This document shows, one piece after another, positions 20,056 to 32,370 of a DNA stretch of 64,000 nt (its first letter is position 1; each line of letters starts with the position of its first letter). Both the position numbers and the translations under genes were made by a program. The notes beneath the pieces were generated by a model. That model searched no databases and was not told the DNA's origin. It was given only the letters and a program-made list of their open reading frames with translations. Location: contig CAZWQM010000003.1 in the NCBI GenBank assembly GCA_964636225.1, forward strand, positions 66,172-130,171. Direction: 5' to 3'. The DNA is from an uncultured Thiotrichales bacterium. GTDB lineage: Bacteria; Pseudomonadota; Gammaproteobacteria; UBA4575.

Positions 20056-20073
20056 ACCTGCTGTATTTAATAA

Positions 20074-21150
20074 TTATGCCTGAAGCGAATGAATCAGCGC
20101 ATCACAAAATATTTTATTTTCACCTTTGGAACCCACAGTCACGCGCAAACACTGTTCTAGCCCCAGTTGTTTGCTGACATTCTTAATCAGAACTTTCTGT
20201 GCCATTAATTTATTAAATACTTCATCTGTATCCCTTTGCAGCACTTTGAATAAAATAAAATTAGCATCAGACACATAAGGTTTCACACCTTGAATAGCGG
20301 ACAAATCTGCAAACAGCGAACCGCGTAATAATCGAATGCTTTCTGCTTGCTCAGCAAATAAAACGTAATTATCCAAAGCAAATTCTATGGTGAGCTGTGT
20401 AAGCTGGTTAATATTATATGGCAGGCGAATTTTATTCAGTTGCGAAATAATGTCAGCACTTCCAGTTAACCAGCCAAAACGAATAGCTGCCAAACCGATT
20501 TTAGAGGCAGTTCTGAGTAACAGCATATTACTGTGTTGTGGAAGATCTTCTACAAAACTGTCTTTGGCAAAAGGACCATAAGCTTCATCTATAACTACAA
20601 AACCCTGGCTTTTATCGAGCAGGATTTCTATATCGTTTCTGTTCCATAAATTACCGGTTGGGTTATTTGGATACGCGAGAAAAATCAAAGCTGGATCATA
20701 TTGTTCGATCGCTGCCAACATCTTACTAAGATCCAGTTCGAAGTTTTCATCCAGTGGTACAACATGACAGTCAATACCAACCATGTCGGCAATCATTTGA
20801 TACATCGAAAAGCTGGGAGAGACTGTTAATATACATGCCCCCGGTTTGGCAATCGCCATCACCATTAGCTGTATAAGCTCATCCGAACCATTACCCAACA
20901 GCAAATCGCTATTATCCTTTGGGCCAAATTGATTCTTGAGTTTTTGCTTGATCAGCTGCGGATTGGGTTCCGGATAGCGGTTAAGCTGAGCATGATTGAT
21001 TTTATCCAACCATTTGGTTTGCATTTCAACCGGCCAGGTAAAAGGATTTTCCATGGCATCCAGTTTTACAAATCCGGTGGCATCCGGAACAGCATAGGCT
21101 TGTAGTTGTGTGACTTCCGGACGTATCCGGGAAAGGACATCACCTTTCAT
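20074..21150 (-). CDS. hisC: histidinol-phosphate aminotransferase
   Basis: A class-II aminotransferase of 358 aa, located in the hisG-hisD-hisC run. Confidence 0.8.
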   Translation of the reverse strand: MKGDVLSRIRPEVTQLQAYAVPDATGFVKLDAMENPFTWPVEMQTKWLDKINHAQLNRYPEPNPQLIKQKLKNQFGPKDNSDLLLGNGSDELIQLMVMAIAKPGACILTVSPSFSMYQMIADMVGIDCHVVPLDENFELDLSKMLAAIEQYDPALIFLAYPNNPTGNLWNRNDIEILLDKSQGFVVIDEAYGPFAKDSFVEDLPQHSNMLLLRTASKIGLAAIRFGWLTGSADIISQLNKIRLPYNINQLTQLTIEFALDNYVLFAEQAESIRLLRGSLFADLSAIQGVKPYVSDANFILFKVLQRDTDEVFNKLMAQKVLIKNVSKQLGLEQCLRVTVGSKGENKIFCDALIHSLQA

Positions 21151-21155
21151 AGCGG

Positions 21156-22460
21156 CTATTTTCCCAGGCCTCTGTACTCAGCCGACCTTGCATGCGCAGT
21201 TAAACCTTCACTGTGCGCCAGAGTGCTGGCAACACCGCTGAGTTCAAATGCCCCTTTATCTGAGCAGTTGAGAACAGTCATGCGCTTTTGAAAATCATAC
21301 ACTCCCAATGGTGATGAGAATCTTGCGGTCCCGCTGGTGGGTAACACATGATTGGGTCCGGCACAGTAATCACCAAAGACTTCCGGAGTATGGTGCCCCA
21401 TAAAGACGGCTCCTGCATGCTGAATACTTTCTAATAATGCCTGTGGATCCGAAACTGAAAGTTCCAAATGCTCAGGAGCAACCAGATTGCTAATACGAGC
21501 TGCCTGTTCAAGATTATCTACTTTGACAAAACTGCCAAAAGTATTAACGGCCTGTTCGATTATTTCCGATCGTTCAAGTGTAGACACTAAAGTGTTCATG
21601 GCGGCTTCAACTTTGTTCAGCATGTCCTCTGAAGTAGAAATCAGAGTTATACGTGCCAGAACATCGTGTTCGGCTTGGGAAAAAAGATCCATCGCTATCC
21701 ATTCGGGATTGGCGGAGTCATCACAGATCACCAACACTTCGGATGGACCGGCAATCATATCAATACCGACTTTGCCGAATACCATTCTTTTCGCGGTAGC
21801 AACATAGATGTTTCCGGGGCCGACAATTTTATCTACCGCCGGCACCGTTTCTGTACCATAAGCCAATGCCGCAACAGCTTGTGCACCGCCAATACGAAAT
21901 ACCCTGTCAACACCCGCCACAGCGGCAGCGGCCAGCACGGTAGAATTTATTTTCCCATCTGGAGTCGGCGCTACCATAATTATCTCGGGCACTCCGGCCA
22001 CTTTTGCCGGAACTGCATTCATTAACACCGAAGAAGGATAAGCCGCGGTACCGCCTGGGACATAAATGCCGACCCGGTCTAAAGGTGTCACACGCTGACC
22101 CAATACCGAGCCATGTTCATCTTTATACTCCCATGACTGCAGCTTCTGATGTTGCGCGTAGTCGCTCACACGCGAGTGAGCACGTTGTAGGGCTTCACGT
22201 TGATCGGTATCAATAGTGGCTAACGCGGCATGCAGTTCGTCCTGTGAAATTTCCAGCTGACTGGCGCTCGTGATGTCCAGACGATCGTACTTATTCGTGT
22301 ACTCTAATAACGCACTGTCACCATTTGCGCGAATCTGAGCAATGATATCCTGAACCAGATGGGTGACATCCGATTCATGCTGTGTGTTTGCTTCAAGAAA
22401 CTCACTAAACTGTTTTTGAAATGATTCCTGCTGTGAGTTAAAACGTCGAATTGTAAGCAT
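21156..22460 (-). CDS. hisD: histidinol dehydrogenase
   Basis: 434 aa with conserved HisD blocks ([25 protein letters not shown]). Confidence 0.9.
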   Translation of the reverse strand: MLTIRRFNSQQESFQKQFSEFLEANTQHESDVTHLVQDIIAQIRANGDSALLEYTNKYDRLDITSASQLEISQDELHAALATIDTDQREALQRAHSRVSDYAQHQKLQSWEYKDEHGSVLGQRVTPLDRVGIYVPGGTAAYPSSVLMNAVPAKVAGVPEIIMVAPTPDGKINSTVLAAAAVAGVDRVFRIGGAQAVAALAYGTETVPAVDKIVGPGNIYVATAKRMVFGKVGIDMIAGPSEVLVICDDSANPEWIAMDLFSQAEHDVLARITLISTSEDMLNKVEAAMNTLVSTLERSEIIEQAVNTFGSFVKVDNLEQAARISNLVAPEHLELSVSDPQALLESIQHAGAVFMGHHTPEVFGDYCAGPNHVLPTSGTARFSSPLGVYDFQKRMTVLNCSDKGAFELSGVASTLAHSEGLTAHARSAEYRGLGK

Positions 22461-22478
22461 ATAAAACCAATGACTGAC

Positions 22479-23552
22479 TTAAGCAGCCGCAGTATCTTTT
22501 GCCTGACGTCTCGCCTGAACTGCTTTGGCAAATTGTTCAAGCAATTTTTCTGTGTCTTCCCAGTTGATACACGCATCCGTCACACTTTGACCATATGTTT
22601 CCGCTTTTCCGTTAAGAACATTTTGGCGACCTTCTACCAGATTACTTTCCACCATAACACCGAATATTCTTTTCTCACCGGATGACAATTGCTTGCAGAT
22701 ATCTTCTGCCACATCTTTTTGCTTGTCATGTTGCTTGAGACTATTGGCGTGACTACAGTCAACCATGACGCGAGGTGACAGATTGGCTTTTTGCAGACTT
22801 TCACACGCTTCATTAATGCTGTCCTTATCGTAATTGGTCGCTTTACCTCCACGTAGAATCACATGGCAATCCGGATTACCCGAGGTTGAAAAAATAGCAG
22901 ATTTACCTTCCTTGGTGACTGAAAGGAAATGATGTGGACGGGTTGCAGACCCAATCGCATCGACGGCGACTTGCAAGCCTCCATCTGTAGCATTTTTGAA
23001 TCCGACAGGGCAGGACAAACCTGAAGCGAGTTCTCTGTGTACCTGACTCTCGGTAGTGCGCGCCCCTATCGCACCCCAACTGACCAGATCCGCAACATAT
23101 TGCGGACTGATCAGATCAAGATATTCCGTACCGGCAGGAATGCCCAGGTTATTCAAATCCAGTAATAATTCTCGAGCCAGTCTAAGACCGGTATTGATTT
23201 CAAAACTGTCGTCCAGCTTCGGATCGTTAATCAAGCCTTTCCAGCCAACTGTAGTACGCGGCTTTTCAAAATATACACGCATGATAATCAGCAGGTCTTT
23301 TGACCATTTGTTAATTTGCTTTAGTAAACGCTGTGCATAATCACGTGCTGCTTTGGGGTCGTGGATCGAACAGGGCCCCACTACCACAACTAAACGATCA
23401 TCATCACCTTGAAGAATTTTTTGAATTTCAGTACGCGCCTGATGGACACAGCTGGAAGCGTCATCTGACATAGGAAATTCTTCCAGCACCTGCAATGGGG
23501 TGCTGACTTCTTTCATTTCAATAATTCGCAGATCGTCAGTTTGGTATCTCAT
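22479..23552 (-). CDS. aroG: 3-deoxy-7-phosphoheptulonate (DAHP) synthase, class I (AroG-like)
   Basis: Nearly collinear with E. coli AroG: DDLRI..IKE, DDRLVVVVGPCSIHD, MRVYFEKPRTTVGWKGLINDP, SWGAIGARTTESQVHRELASGLSCPVGFKN. Confidence 0.9.
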   Translation of the reverse strand: MRYQTDDLRIIEMKEVSTPLQVLEEFPMSDDASSCVHQARTEIQKILQGDDDRLVVVVGPCSIHDPKAARDYAQRLLKQINKWSKDLLIIMRVYFEKPRTTVGWKGLINDPKLDDSFEINTGLRLARELLLDLNNLGIPAGTEYLDLISPQYVADLVSWGAIGARTTESQVHRELASGLSCPVGFKNATDGGLQVAVDAIGSATRPHHFLSVTKEGKSAIFSTSGNPDCHVILRGGKATNYDKDSINEACESLQKANLSPRVMVDCSHANSLKQHDKQKDVAEDICKQLSSGEKRIFGVMVESNLVEGRQNVLNGKAETYGQSVTDACINWEDTEKLLEQFAKAVQARRQAKDTAAA

Positions 23553-23566
23553 TCTGTTATTCCTGT

Positions 23567-24202
23567 TTAACTTTTCTCAATGGCTTTGCGAAATTGTTCG
23601 ACAATACTTTGTAGTGTATCAAATCTAACTTTCAATGACGCCTTATTCGCGACTAAACGAGAGCTAATATCTTCTATAAGTTCCAGTGGTTGTAAACCAT
23701 TGGCACGCAGAGTGTTGCCAGTATCAACCAGATCCACAATTAAATCTGCCAACCCGGTCAAAGGAGCCAGTTCCATCGAGCCGTATAATTTGATTATTTC
23801 AACCTGTTTTCCCTGCTGGGCAAAATATTGCTGTGCAGAGTGCACATATTTAGTTGCGACTTTAAGTCTTTTCCCTGTGTCAGGCATATCCGATTTACCC
23901 GCCACCATGAGTCGACATTTACAAATATTCAGATCCAGCAGTTCATAAAGTCCGTCACCCTGCGTCTCCATCAGAGTATCTTTACCTGCGATGCCAAGAT
24001 CAGCCGCACCATACTGCACATAAGTCGGTACATCAGTGGCACGAATCACTACCACGCGCACATTCGGATTTTGCGTATCGACCAGTAACTTACGTGTTTT
24101 ATCCAGATCTTCTACAGGTGACATCCCCATTGCTTCAAGCAGTGGCAGGGTGTCTTTTAGAATACGCCCTTTAGAAATGGCTAAAGTAATCTTTTTATTC
24201 AT
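23567..24202 (-). CDS. hisG: ATP phosphoribosyltransferase, short form
   Basis: 211 aa, starting [15 protein letters not shown], with conserved short-form HisG motifs. Confidence 0.85.
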   Translation of the reverse strand: MNKKITLAISKGRILKDTLPLLEAMGMSPVEDLDKTRKLLVDTQNPNVRVVVIRATDVPTYVQYGAADLGIAGKDTLMETQGDGLYELLDLNICKCRLMVAGKSDMPDTGKRLKVATKYVHSAQQYFAQQGKQVEIIKLYGSMELAPLTGLADLIVDLVDTGNTLRANGLQPLELIEDISSRLVANKASLKVRFDTLQSIVEQFRKAIEKS

Positions 24203-24226
24203 GGATTCCGGATTTATTCAACGCGC

Positions 24227-25498
<1,272 letters not shown>

Positions 25499-25561
25499 CT
25501 AATCGAAGAGTTGGCGCGGCAAGCTTACAACGCCACAAGAGAAATAGCGTAATTTTTTTCG

Positions 25562-25861
25562 TTAGGTGGAATAAAAAAGCTTTTCCAACTGATTGTTTTC
25601 TATCAATACGGCAATCTTATCGGATTCGCCCTGCAGTGAAAATTTCTTATCCTTGAAGTTGGCCCAGCGCGCCCACGCCACCAGCAATGCCAAACCGCCG
25701 CTATCGACTTTGGCGACATGGCTAACATCAATACTGATAGACGACGCCTGTATTGGAGGGAATAATTTAAGCGACTGCGCCCATAACCCGGGCACGGTTT
25801 GAATCGTCAAATCACTCTCGACCCTAAATGTGCCCTCGCCCAGGCTTTGCAATTCATTCAT
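25562..25861 (-). CDS. mlaB: STAS-domain protein MlaB; the start is probably at the MNELQ Met, not at the longest ORF start
   Basis: Anti-sigma-antagonist-like fold (VSHVAKVDSGGLALLVAWARWA). It is the last gene of the mla operon. Confidence 0.65.
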   Translation of the reverse strand: MNELQSLGEGTFRVESDLTIQTVPGLWAQSLKLFPPIQASSISIDVSHVAKVDSGGLALLVAWARWANFKDKKFSLQGESDKIAVLIENNQLEKLFYST

Positions 25862-25874
25862 CGTCTCAGGTGAA

Positions 25875-26501
25875 CTAGCCGGCCGCAGCTTCAGTGCTTG
25901 TGTTTGATGCGTCGGCATTAGTGGCCGCCAGACGCTGGATTAAAGCATCCAGAGACGTTTCACTGATCTCCTGAGAAAAGCTGGTGCGGAAGTTTTTAAT
26001 CAAACTCAACCCATCGACAACCAAGTCAAAGACTTTCCATTGACCATCTTTTTGCCAGAATACATAGTCGACTTGCAATGGGGTGCCGTTGCCAATATTC
26101 AGACTGGACTTAACCCGGTGGCGCTTTCCCTCTTGTTCCCCTTGCGGTGGAAATACGGTGACTTTGGCATGCCCATAATCCGCAACAGATTTGGCATAAG
26201 TGCGAATCAGCATCGACTTAAACTCTTCAATAAATTGTTGGCGTTGCTCTTCGTTGGCCGTTTTCCAATGCTTGCCCAAAATCAATTTCCCCATGGATTG
26301 TAAATCGATCACTGGCAGTATCAGATCGTTAATCACCTGATTGGCATAGCCTTCCTCATTTTTAATTCGATCGGACTGCTCATTAATAATCTGCAACAAC
26401 TCCGAAGAAGTTTGTTCAACAATCTGCTCAGGAGTGCGCTCATCGGCACTCACCCAGGCCGTCCACCCACATAAAGCTAAAATTAATAGTAGTTTTTTCA
26501 T
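25875..26501 (-). CDS. mlaC: periplasmic phospholipid-binding protein MlaC (Ttg2D)
   Basis: Signal peptide, a size typical of the Tol-tolerance-like family, and operon position. Confidence 0.8.
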   Translation of the reverse strand: MKKLLLILALCGWTAWVSADERTPEQIVEQTSSELLQIINEQSDRIKNEEGYANQVINDLILPVIDLQSMGKLILGKHWKTANEEQRQQFIEEFKSMLIRTYAKSVADYGHAKVTVFPPQGEQEGKRHRVKSSLNIGNGTPLQVDYVFWQKDGQWKVFDLVVDGLSLIKNFRTSFSQEISETSLDALIQRLAATNADASNTSTEAAAG

Positions 26502-26531
26502 TATTCTATTCCTCTAAACTTAGCCTCCAGA

Positions 26532-26990
26532 TTAGCTGGAAGCGGTGTTGGATATAAATTTACTGATTATCTCTTCAAGTACCACTGCAGACTGTGTGAA
26601 TTCGATTTCATCACCATCTTTTAGAGTCTCATCCTCGGCACCAGGTTCCAATGCAATATACTGTTCGCCAAGCAACCCGGCCGTATAAATACTTGCTGAG
26701 GTATCAACCGTGAAATAATTATGGTCTTGATCCACCCGCAAAGTCACTTTTGCCTGCAACCGATTCGGATCAAATACAATGCCACTGACTTGACCGATAC
26801 GTACGCCTGAGACGGTAATCGCGGATCTGACTTTCAATCCACCTATATTCTCAAAATATGCGGTTAAATAATAGCCTTCCTTGGATGAGTGCGTACCAAA
26901 GTTACTCACGTTCATGGCCAGTACGAATAGCGCCACGCCGCCGGCTAAAACAAATAACCCCACTGCAATTTCCATAAATCTCGTTGTCAT
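26532..26990 (-). CDS. mlaD: MCE-domain protein MlaD
   Basis: An N-terminal transmembrane helix and an MCE domain, in the mla operon. Confidence 0.85.
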   Translation of the reverse strand: MTTRFMEIAVGLFVLAGGVALFVLAMNVSNFGTHSSKEGYYLTAYFENIGGLKVRSAITVSGVRIGQVSGIVFDPNRLQAKVTLRVDQDHNYFTVDTSASIYTAGLLGEQYIALEPGAEDETLKDGDEIEFTQSAVVLEEIISKFISNTASS

Positions 26991-27007
26991 AAGTGATCTC
27001 TCATAAT

Positions 27008-27790
27008 TTAAATGTCACTAAACATCAATGCCGTAAGTATGAAGTCAAGCGCCAGCACTGCTACAGCGGAACGTACTACGGTTCTGGTGGTTGCGCGACT
27101 CACGCCTTCTGCGGTAGGAATGGCGTCATAACCTTGATATAGCGCTATCCAGTTACATGCAATTCCAAATACAAAACTCTTAATGACTCCGTTGATAATA
27201 TCGCCGGAGAAATCAACATTCGATTGCATTTGCGACCAGTATGCACCGGAATCGACACCCAGCAGACCTACTCCCACAAAATAGCCGCCCATCACACCTA
27301 CCACGCTAAAGATAGCCGCCAGTAATGGCATGGAAATAATCCCTGCCAAAAATCTGGGTGCAATAATCCTGCGAATCGGATCCACTGCCATCATTTCCAT
27401 TGAAGCCAGCTGCTCGGTGGTTTTCATTAAACCGATTTCTGCAGTTAAGGCAGAACCCGCTCGTCCAGCATACAGTAAGCCGGTAACGACCGGCCCCAGT
27501 TCACGTACCAGTGATAAAGCTACAAAGATACCCAACGATTCTTCGGCATTGAATTTGGCAAAATTCACATATCCCTGCAGTCCCAGCACCATCCCTACAA
27601 ACAGGCCAGAAACGGCAATAATGATAAGCGACAAAACACCCACAGAATATATTTCACGCAGGGTTAGCCGAAAGCGCAGAATTGCAACACTCAGTCCCTT
27701 CAGCACGCTCAGGAAAAACAGCGTTGATCGCCCTGAAGATTCAAATACAAGCAGACCTTGCTTACCCAAATTTTGCAGCCAGTCCAGCAT
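27008..27790 (-). CDS. mlaE: ABC permease MlaE; the start is probably the MLDWLQ Met, overlapping the mlaF stop
   Basis: A polytopic permease. The longest ORF would run into mlaF. Confidence 0.8.
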   Translation of the reverse strand: MLDWLQNLGKQGLLVFESSGRSTLFFLSVLKGLSVAILRFRLTLREIYSVGVLSLIIIAVSGLFVGMVLGLQGYVNFAKFNAEESLGIFVALSLVRELGPVVTGLLYAGRAGSALTAEIGLMKTTEQLASMEMMAVDPIRRIIAPRFLAGIISMPLLAAIFSVVGVMGGYFVGVGLLGVDSGAYWSQMQSNVDFSGDIINGVIKSFVFGIACNWIALYQGYDAIPTAEGVSRATTRTVVRSAVAVLALDFILTALMFSDI

Positions 27791-27791
27791 A

Positions 27792-28616
27792 TTAGCGTCC
27801 TGCCAGCAGGTCCTGAATATACTCAGGCGCTGGATAGTGGAATGGTGCCGGACCATCCGGATATCCATTCAAAAATTGCTGCACCCACTCCGAACTACTG
27901 TTTCGCAAACTGGCCGGGGTCCCGGACTCAACAATCTCACCATCGGAAATGACATAGATATAGTCAGCAATCGATAAGGTCTCTTCCACATCATGCGAAA
28001 CAACAATGCTGGTTAGTCCCAGCACCTGATTAAGCTGTTTAATCAGAGTCACGATCGTACCTTTGGTGATCGGGTCCAAACCAGTAAAGGGTTCGTCATA
28101 CATAATCATCATGGGATCCAAAACAATGGCTCTGGCCAGAGCTACACGCCGTGCCATACCACCTGATAACTGACTTGGCATTAACTTGCGTGCTCCCCGC
28201 AAACCCACCGCTTCAAGTTTCATCAACACTAAATCACGAATAATTTGTTCGGGTAATTTCGTATGTTCCCTTAACGGAAACGCCACATTTTCGTAAACAT
28301 CCAGGTCAGTAAGCAGTGCGCCACTCTGGAATAGCATTCCCATACGTTTGCGCAGCTCAAACAAAGAAGAGCGACTGATCGCATTGACATCCTGACCCTG
28401 TATGTAAACTTTTCCGTCTGAGGGCTTCAGTTGACCGGCAATGAGTTTCAATAAAGTCGTCTTGCCTGTTCCACTGGGGCCCATAAAGGCAGTCATTTGG
28501 CCACGGCGAATGTCCAGACTCAGGCCTTTGAAAATTGCATTCTGGCCACGTGAGAAATACATATCGCGTATTTCTATCAAAGGCTCTGAGCTAGTATGTT
28601 CTGTAGTTTCAGTCAT
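27792..28616 (-). CDS. mlaF: ABC ATPase MlaF
   Basis: Walker A GPSGTGKTT, signature LSGGMARRVALARA, Walker B IMYDEP. Confidence 0.9.
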   Translation of the reverse strand: MTETTEHTSSEPLIEIRDMYFSRGQNAIFKGLSLDIRRGQMTAFMGPSGTGKTTLLKLIAGQLKPSDGKVYIQGQDVNAISRSSLFELRKRMGMLFQSGALLTDLDVYENVAFPLREHTKLPEQIIRDLVLMKLEAVGLRGARKLMPSQLSGGMARRVALARAIVLDPMMIMYDEPFTGLDPITKGTIVTLIKQLNQVLGLTSIVVSHDVEETLSIADYIYVISDGEIVESGTPASLRNSSSEWVQQFLNGYPDGPAPFHYPAPEYIQDLLAGR

Positions 28617-28790
28617 AGGTGTGTTTTTTTAAAGCGCAATCATACGTGGTCTATTGATATTAGTGAATATGAAAAATTATCAATCAGCTCTAGCATCAAG
28701 CCAGTAATAGCCCAGCAATATATAAAGTGAGATTTAAAATTAGGCCAAAACAAAACATGTATAATCGCCTCTTTCCAAATACTTATTCTT

Positions 28791-29741
28791 ATGATCAGCA
28801 TCATTTTAGGACTTCTTATCGGTTTCGCTTTGCTCATTTGGAGTGCGGACCGTTTCGTTATTGGTGCGGTAGGTTTGGCTAAAAACTTTAATCTTTCTCC
28901 TCTAGTGATTGGTGTCATTATTATCGGCTTTGGCACCTCGGCGCCCGAATTATTGATTTCAGGCGTCTCTGCATGGCAGGGCAACAGCGGGCTGGCGATT
29001 GGTAATGCAGTGGGATCCAATATCACTAACATCGCGCTTATTCTCGGAGTCACTGCATTTCTCACGCCCATATTGGTTGCCCGTCAAACACTGCGCCGAG
29101 AATTTCCAATACTGTTTTTCTCGATGGGACTAGCGTGGTGGTTATTGCGTGATTTTATACTTTCCTTGTGGGATGCGATAATACTTCTGACCACGCTTAT
29201 TCTTGTGATTGGCTACTTGGTAAGCACCTCTAAACCTGAGACGGCCGAACAGGATGACGAGATATCTAATAGTAATCTGGGAATTTCTATGTTCTGGACA
29301 GTCTCAGGCCTGGCATTATTACTTGTCAGCTCCAACATTCTTGTTTCCGCTTGCGTGAAGCTTGCCCAGCTATTTGGCATCTCTGATTTAGTAATTGGTC
29401 TAACCATCGTCGCCATTGGAACCAGTTTGCCGGAACTGGCCGCCTCTGTGACAGGCGCACTTAAACATCATACCGATTTAGCCATCGGCAATGTGCTGGG
29501 GTCCAATGTGTTCAATACTCTGGGTGTAATCAGTATCCCTCGCTTCTTTCACGCCTATGAGATTCCCTCGGAAGTACTGACGCGCGACTTTCCTATCATG
29601 TTCGGGATTACACTATTTTTACTCGGGCTGGCATTTTTCACCCACAAAGGCAGAGGTATGTACCGTGTTAGTGGAAGCCTCTTATTGTTATCCTTTATTG
29701 GCTTTCAGGTTCTCCTTTATATACAAAACATACCGAGCTGA
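28791..29741 (+). CDS. yrbG: CaCA-family Na+/Ca2+ antiporter (YrbG-like)
   Basis: Two internal repeats, each with an alpha-repeat motif (GTSAPEL and GTSLPEL), in a 316 aa polytopic protein. Confidence 0.85.
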   Translation: MISIILGLLIGFALLIWSADRFVIGAVGLAKNFNLSPLVIGVIIIGFGTSAPELLISGVSAWQGNSGLAIGNAVGSNITNIALILGVTAFLTPILVARQTLRREFPILFFSMGLAWWLLRDFILSLWDAIILLTTLILVIGYLVSTSKPETAEQDDEISNSNLGISMFWTVSGLALLLVSSNILVSACVKLAQLFGISDLVIGLTIVAIGTSLPELAASVTGALKHHTDLAIGNVLGSNVFNTLGVISIPRFFHAYEIPSEVLTRDFPIMFGITLFLLGLAFFTHKGRGMYRVSGSLLLLSFIGFQVLLYIQNIPS

Positions 29742-29747
29742 TCAAAA

Positions 29748-30728
29748 GTGATGGAACTCAACTCCAAACAGGCGATTACACTGGCAAAAGCAGTTATTCA
29801 GGAAGAAGCTAATGCGGTACTCGATTTATCGGATCGAATTGACCAGCAGTTTATTTCTGCATGTAACTTATTGCTTAACTGCGAAGGAAGGATTGTTGTT
29901 TTAGGTATTGGCAAATCAGGCCATATTGGACGCAAAATTGCGGCCACTCTTGCCAGCACCGGCAGTCCGGCCTTTTTCATCAGCGCCGCTGAAGCGGCAC
30001 ATGGTGATTTAGGCATGATTGATTCACGGGATGTTGCCCTACTTCTGTCCAACTCTGGAGAATCGAATGAGCTACTTTCGCTGCTTGTCCCACTCAAAAG
30101 GCTGGGTATTCCATTGGTCTCTTTAACCGGGAACCATCAATCCAGTCTGGCAAGCAATGCACATGTCAATCTTGATGTATCCGTCAAACACGAGGCCTGC
30201 CCATTGGGACTGGCGCCCACCACTAGCACAGTCGCCATGCTAGCCATGGGTGATGCACTGGCGATTGCGCTACTGGATGCACGTGGTTTTAATGAAGATG
30301 ATTTCGCGCGCTCGCACCCGGGAGGAAGACTTGGCCGACGCTTATTAACACGCGTGGCAGACATCATGCATAAAGATACTGAAATTCCTGCGGTGCAGTG
30401 TGATGTCAGCTTGAAGCAAGGGTTACTTGAAATGACCAGCAAAAATCTGGGCATGACAGCGGTCACCGATGCAACAAATCATTTACTTGGCATTTTCACA
30501 GATGGTGATTTGAGACGCACGCTAGATGCCGATCTGGACGTAAACAATACGCTAATAAAAGATGTGATGACTGCCAACTGCCACACCGCGCACGCAGATC
30601 AACTGGCCGCAGAAATTTTGGAAATCATGCAAAAACTTCGCATCAACTCTATACCAGTTGTAAATCATGAAAATGAACTTATCGGCGCACTGAACATGCA
30701 CGACTTGCTCAGCGCAGGTGTTTTTTAA
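29748..30728 (+). CDS. kdsD: arabinose-5-phosphate isomerase (SIS domain plus tandem CBS)
   Basis: GIGKSGHIGRKIAATLASTGSPAFF is the SIS signature. Tandem CBS domains follow at the C-terminus. Confidence 0.85.
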   Translation: MMELNSKQAITLAKAVIQEEANAVLDLSDRIDQQFISACNLLLNCEGRIVVLGIGKSGHIGRKIAATLASTGSPAFFISAAEAAHGDLGMIDSRDVALLLSNSGESNELLSLLVPLKRLGIPLVSLTGNHQSSLASNAHVNLDVSVKHEACPLGLAPTTSTVAMLAMGDALAIALLDARGFNEDDFARSHPGGRLGRRLLTRVADIMHKDTEIPAVQCDVSLKQGLLEMTSKNLGMTAVTDATNHLLGIFTDGDLRRTLDADLDVNNTLIKDVMTANCHTAHADQLAAEILEIMQKLRINSIPVVNHENELIGALNMHDLLSAGVF

Positions 30729-30760
30729 TAACTGACAAAAAATATACACAACAATTTAAC

Positions 30761-31294
30761 ATGCAAAAACACGCTCTATATGAAGCCGCCAGCCAAATAC
30801 AAATGGTTGTATTTGATGTGGATGGTGTTTTTACAGATGGCAGCATCTGGATTAATCATTTAGGCGAGGAAACCAAATCATTTAATGTTCGCGATGGACA
30901 CGGTGTTCGCATGTTGATTCATTACGGAGTTAATGTGGCCGTGCTATCAGGGCGTGAATCTAAAGCCGTTAATGTTCGCATGAATGAATTAGGTGTGACG
31001 GACGTGTTACAGGGACACATAGACAAGCGTCGTACCCTGACTGAATTTATTCAGAGCAAAGATCTAGATGCAACAGAAGTAGCTTTCGTAGGAGATGATA
31101 TTGTAGATGTCCCAGCAATGCAGCTGACAGGCCTATCTATAGCCGTTGCCGATGCACATGACTGGGTAAAAAAACATGCCAACTATGTCACTCAGGCTCG
31201 TGGCGGAAAGGGCGCCGTGCGTGAAGTATGTGAACTGATCCTGGATGCAAAAGGTCTACTGAGTACAGCCTTAAATTACAATCTGCGCCAGTAG
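30761..31294 (+). CDS. kdsC: KDO 8-phosphate phosphatase
   Basis: HAD motif I VFDVDGVFTDG, 177 aa, downstream of kdsD. Confidence 0.85.
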   Translation: MQKHALYEAASQIQMVVFDVDGVFTDGSIWINHLGEETKSFNVRDGHGVRMLIHYGVNVAVLSGRESKAVNVRMNELGVTDVLQGHIDKRRTLTEFIQSKDLDATEVAFVGDDIVDVPAMQLTGLSIAVADAHDWVKKHANYVTQARGGKGAVREVCELILDAKGLLSTALNYNLRQ

Positions 31295-31319
31295 GCTCTG
31301 GACAACAGGGATATAAAAA

Positions 31320-31880
31320 ATGGTTAAGCTACTGATTATAATATTATTTATTGCTTCCATTTTGGTTGCAGTCAGCCGCTATCTGCTAGGCGTGGAAGCC
31401 GATTACAACCGCCAGTTACTGCATTCTGCCGAGCCAGGTGATTACACACATCACTTCAAGGAATTTACCCTCACCTCGACCAATGCTACTGGATCGCCAG
31501 ACTCCGTTATTTATTCCCCTAATACACGCGCCTCGGTTGCTGAACAGAAGACAGTGATGGACTCCCCTGAAATCACCATGTACCGTGAGCAGGAGAAGCC
31601 TATTAGGATTACAGCGGACTCAGCCGAAGTGTTTCACAGGAACAATATCACTGTGCTGAATAATAATGTCCATGTATCTATTCCAGACAGAAAAGATCAT
31701 CCAATTGTTATGACCACCGAACAACTCACCTTTGATAATGTCTCCCAAACGGCCAAAACCGAGCTTGCTGCGACTATTGTTAATGATAAAGGGGTCATGC
31801 ATGGTACCGGAATGGAATTCAACCCCGTCACTCAACAAATCAAATTTTTAAATAATGTACACGGCGTCTATGAACATTAA
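31320..31880 (+). CDS. lptC: LPS export protein LptC
   Basis: An N-terminal transmembrane anchor, a size of 186 aa, and its position in the kdsC-lptC-lptA-lptB order. Confidence 0.75.
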   Translation: MVKLLIIILFIASILVAVSRYLLGVEADYNRQLLHSAEPGDYTHHFKEFTLTSTNATGSPDSVIYSPNTRASVAEQKTVMDSPEITMYREQEKPIRITADSAEVFHRNNITVLNNNVHVSIPDRKDHPIVMTTEQLTFDNVSQTAKTELAATIVNDKGVMHGTGMEFNPVTQQIKFLNNVHGVYEH

Positions 31881-32370
31881 ACTATTTTCTATTTTGCTAC
31901 TGATCTTGCCCGCTGGCGTTAATAATGCTCTCGCACGTTCGGATGATTCAGAAAAACCCATACACATATCCGCGGACACAGCCGAGTTAAATGAAAAAAC
32001 CGGCGTGAGTATTTATCGCGGTGATGTCAAGATGGTTCAGGGAACCACAATTTTGACAGGTGATGTAATAACCGTGTACACGGATAACAGTGAAGTTGAA
32101 AAAATGATTTCAGTGGGCGACCTGGCGACCTATCAGGAAACCACAGATGATGGTGACATTGTTTATGCAGAATCCGAAGAGATGATACACAATAGTGCCG
32201 AGAAAAAAATCGAGTTGTTTCGTCGTGGCAAGATTACCCAGGTGGGCAATGTGATTCGCAGTGACTATATTCTTTACCTCACCGAGCAGGGACTGATTGA
32301 TACCGGCACCAAGAAAGACCGCATAGAAATAACCATCCAACCCCGGTCCAAAAACAATGCAGGCAAATAA
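31855..32370 (+). CDS. lptA: LPS export periplasmic protein LptA
   Basis: Signal peptide and an OstA-like beta-jellyroll. [16 protein letters not shown] is LptA-like. Confidence 0.8.
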   Translation: MYTASMNIKLFSILLLILPAGVNNALARSDDSEKPIHISADTAELNEKTGVSIYRGDVKMVQGTTILTGDVITVYTDNSEVEKMISVGDLATYQETTDDGDIVYAESEEMIHNSAEKKIELFRRGKITQVGNVIRSDYILYLTEQGLIDTGTKKDRIEITIQPRSKNNAGK

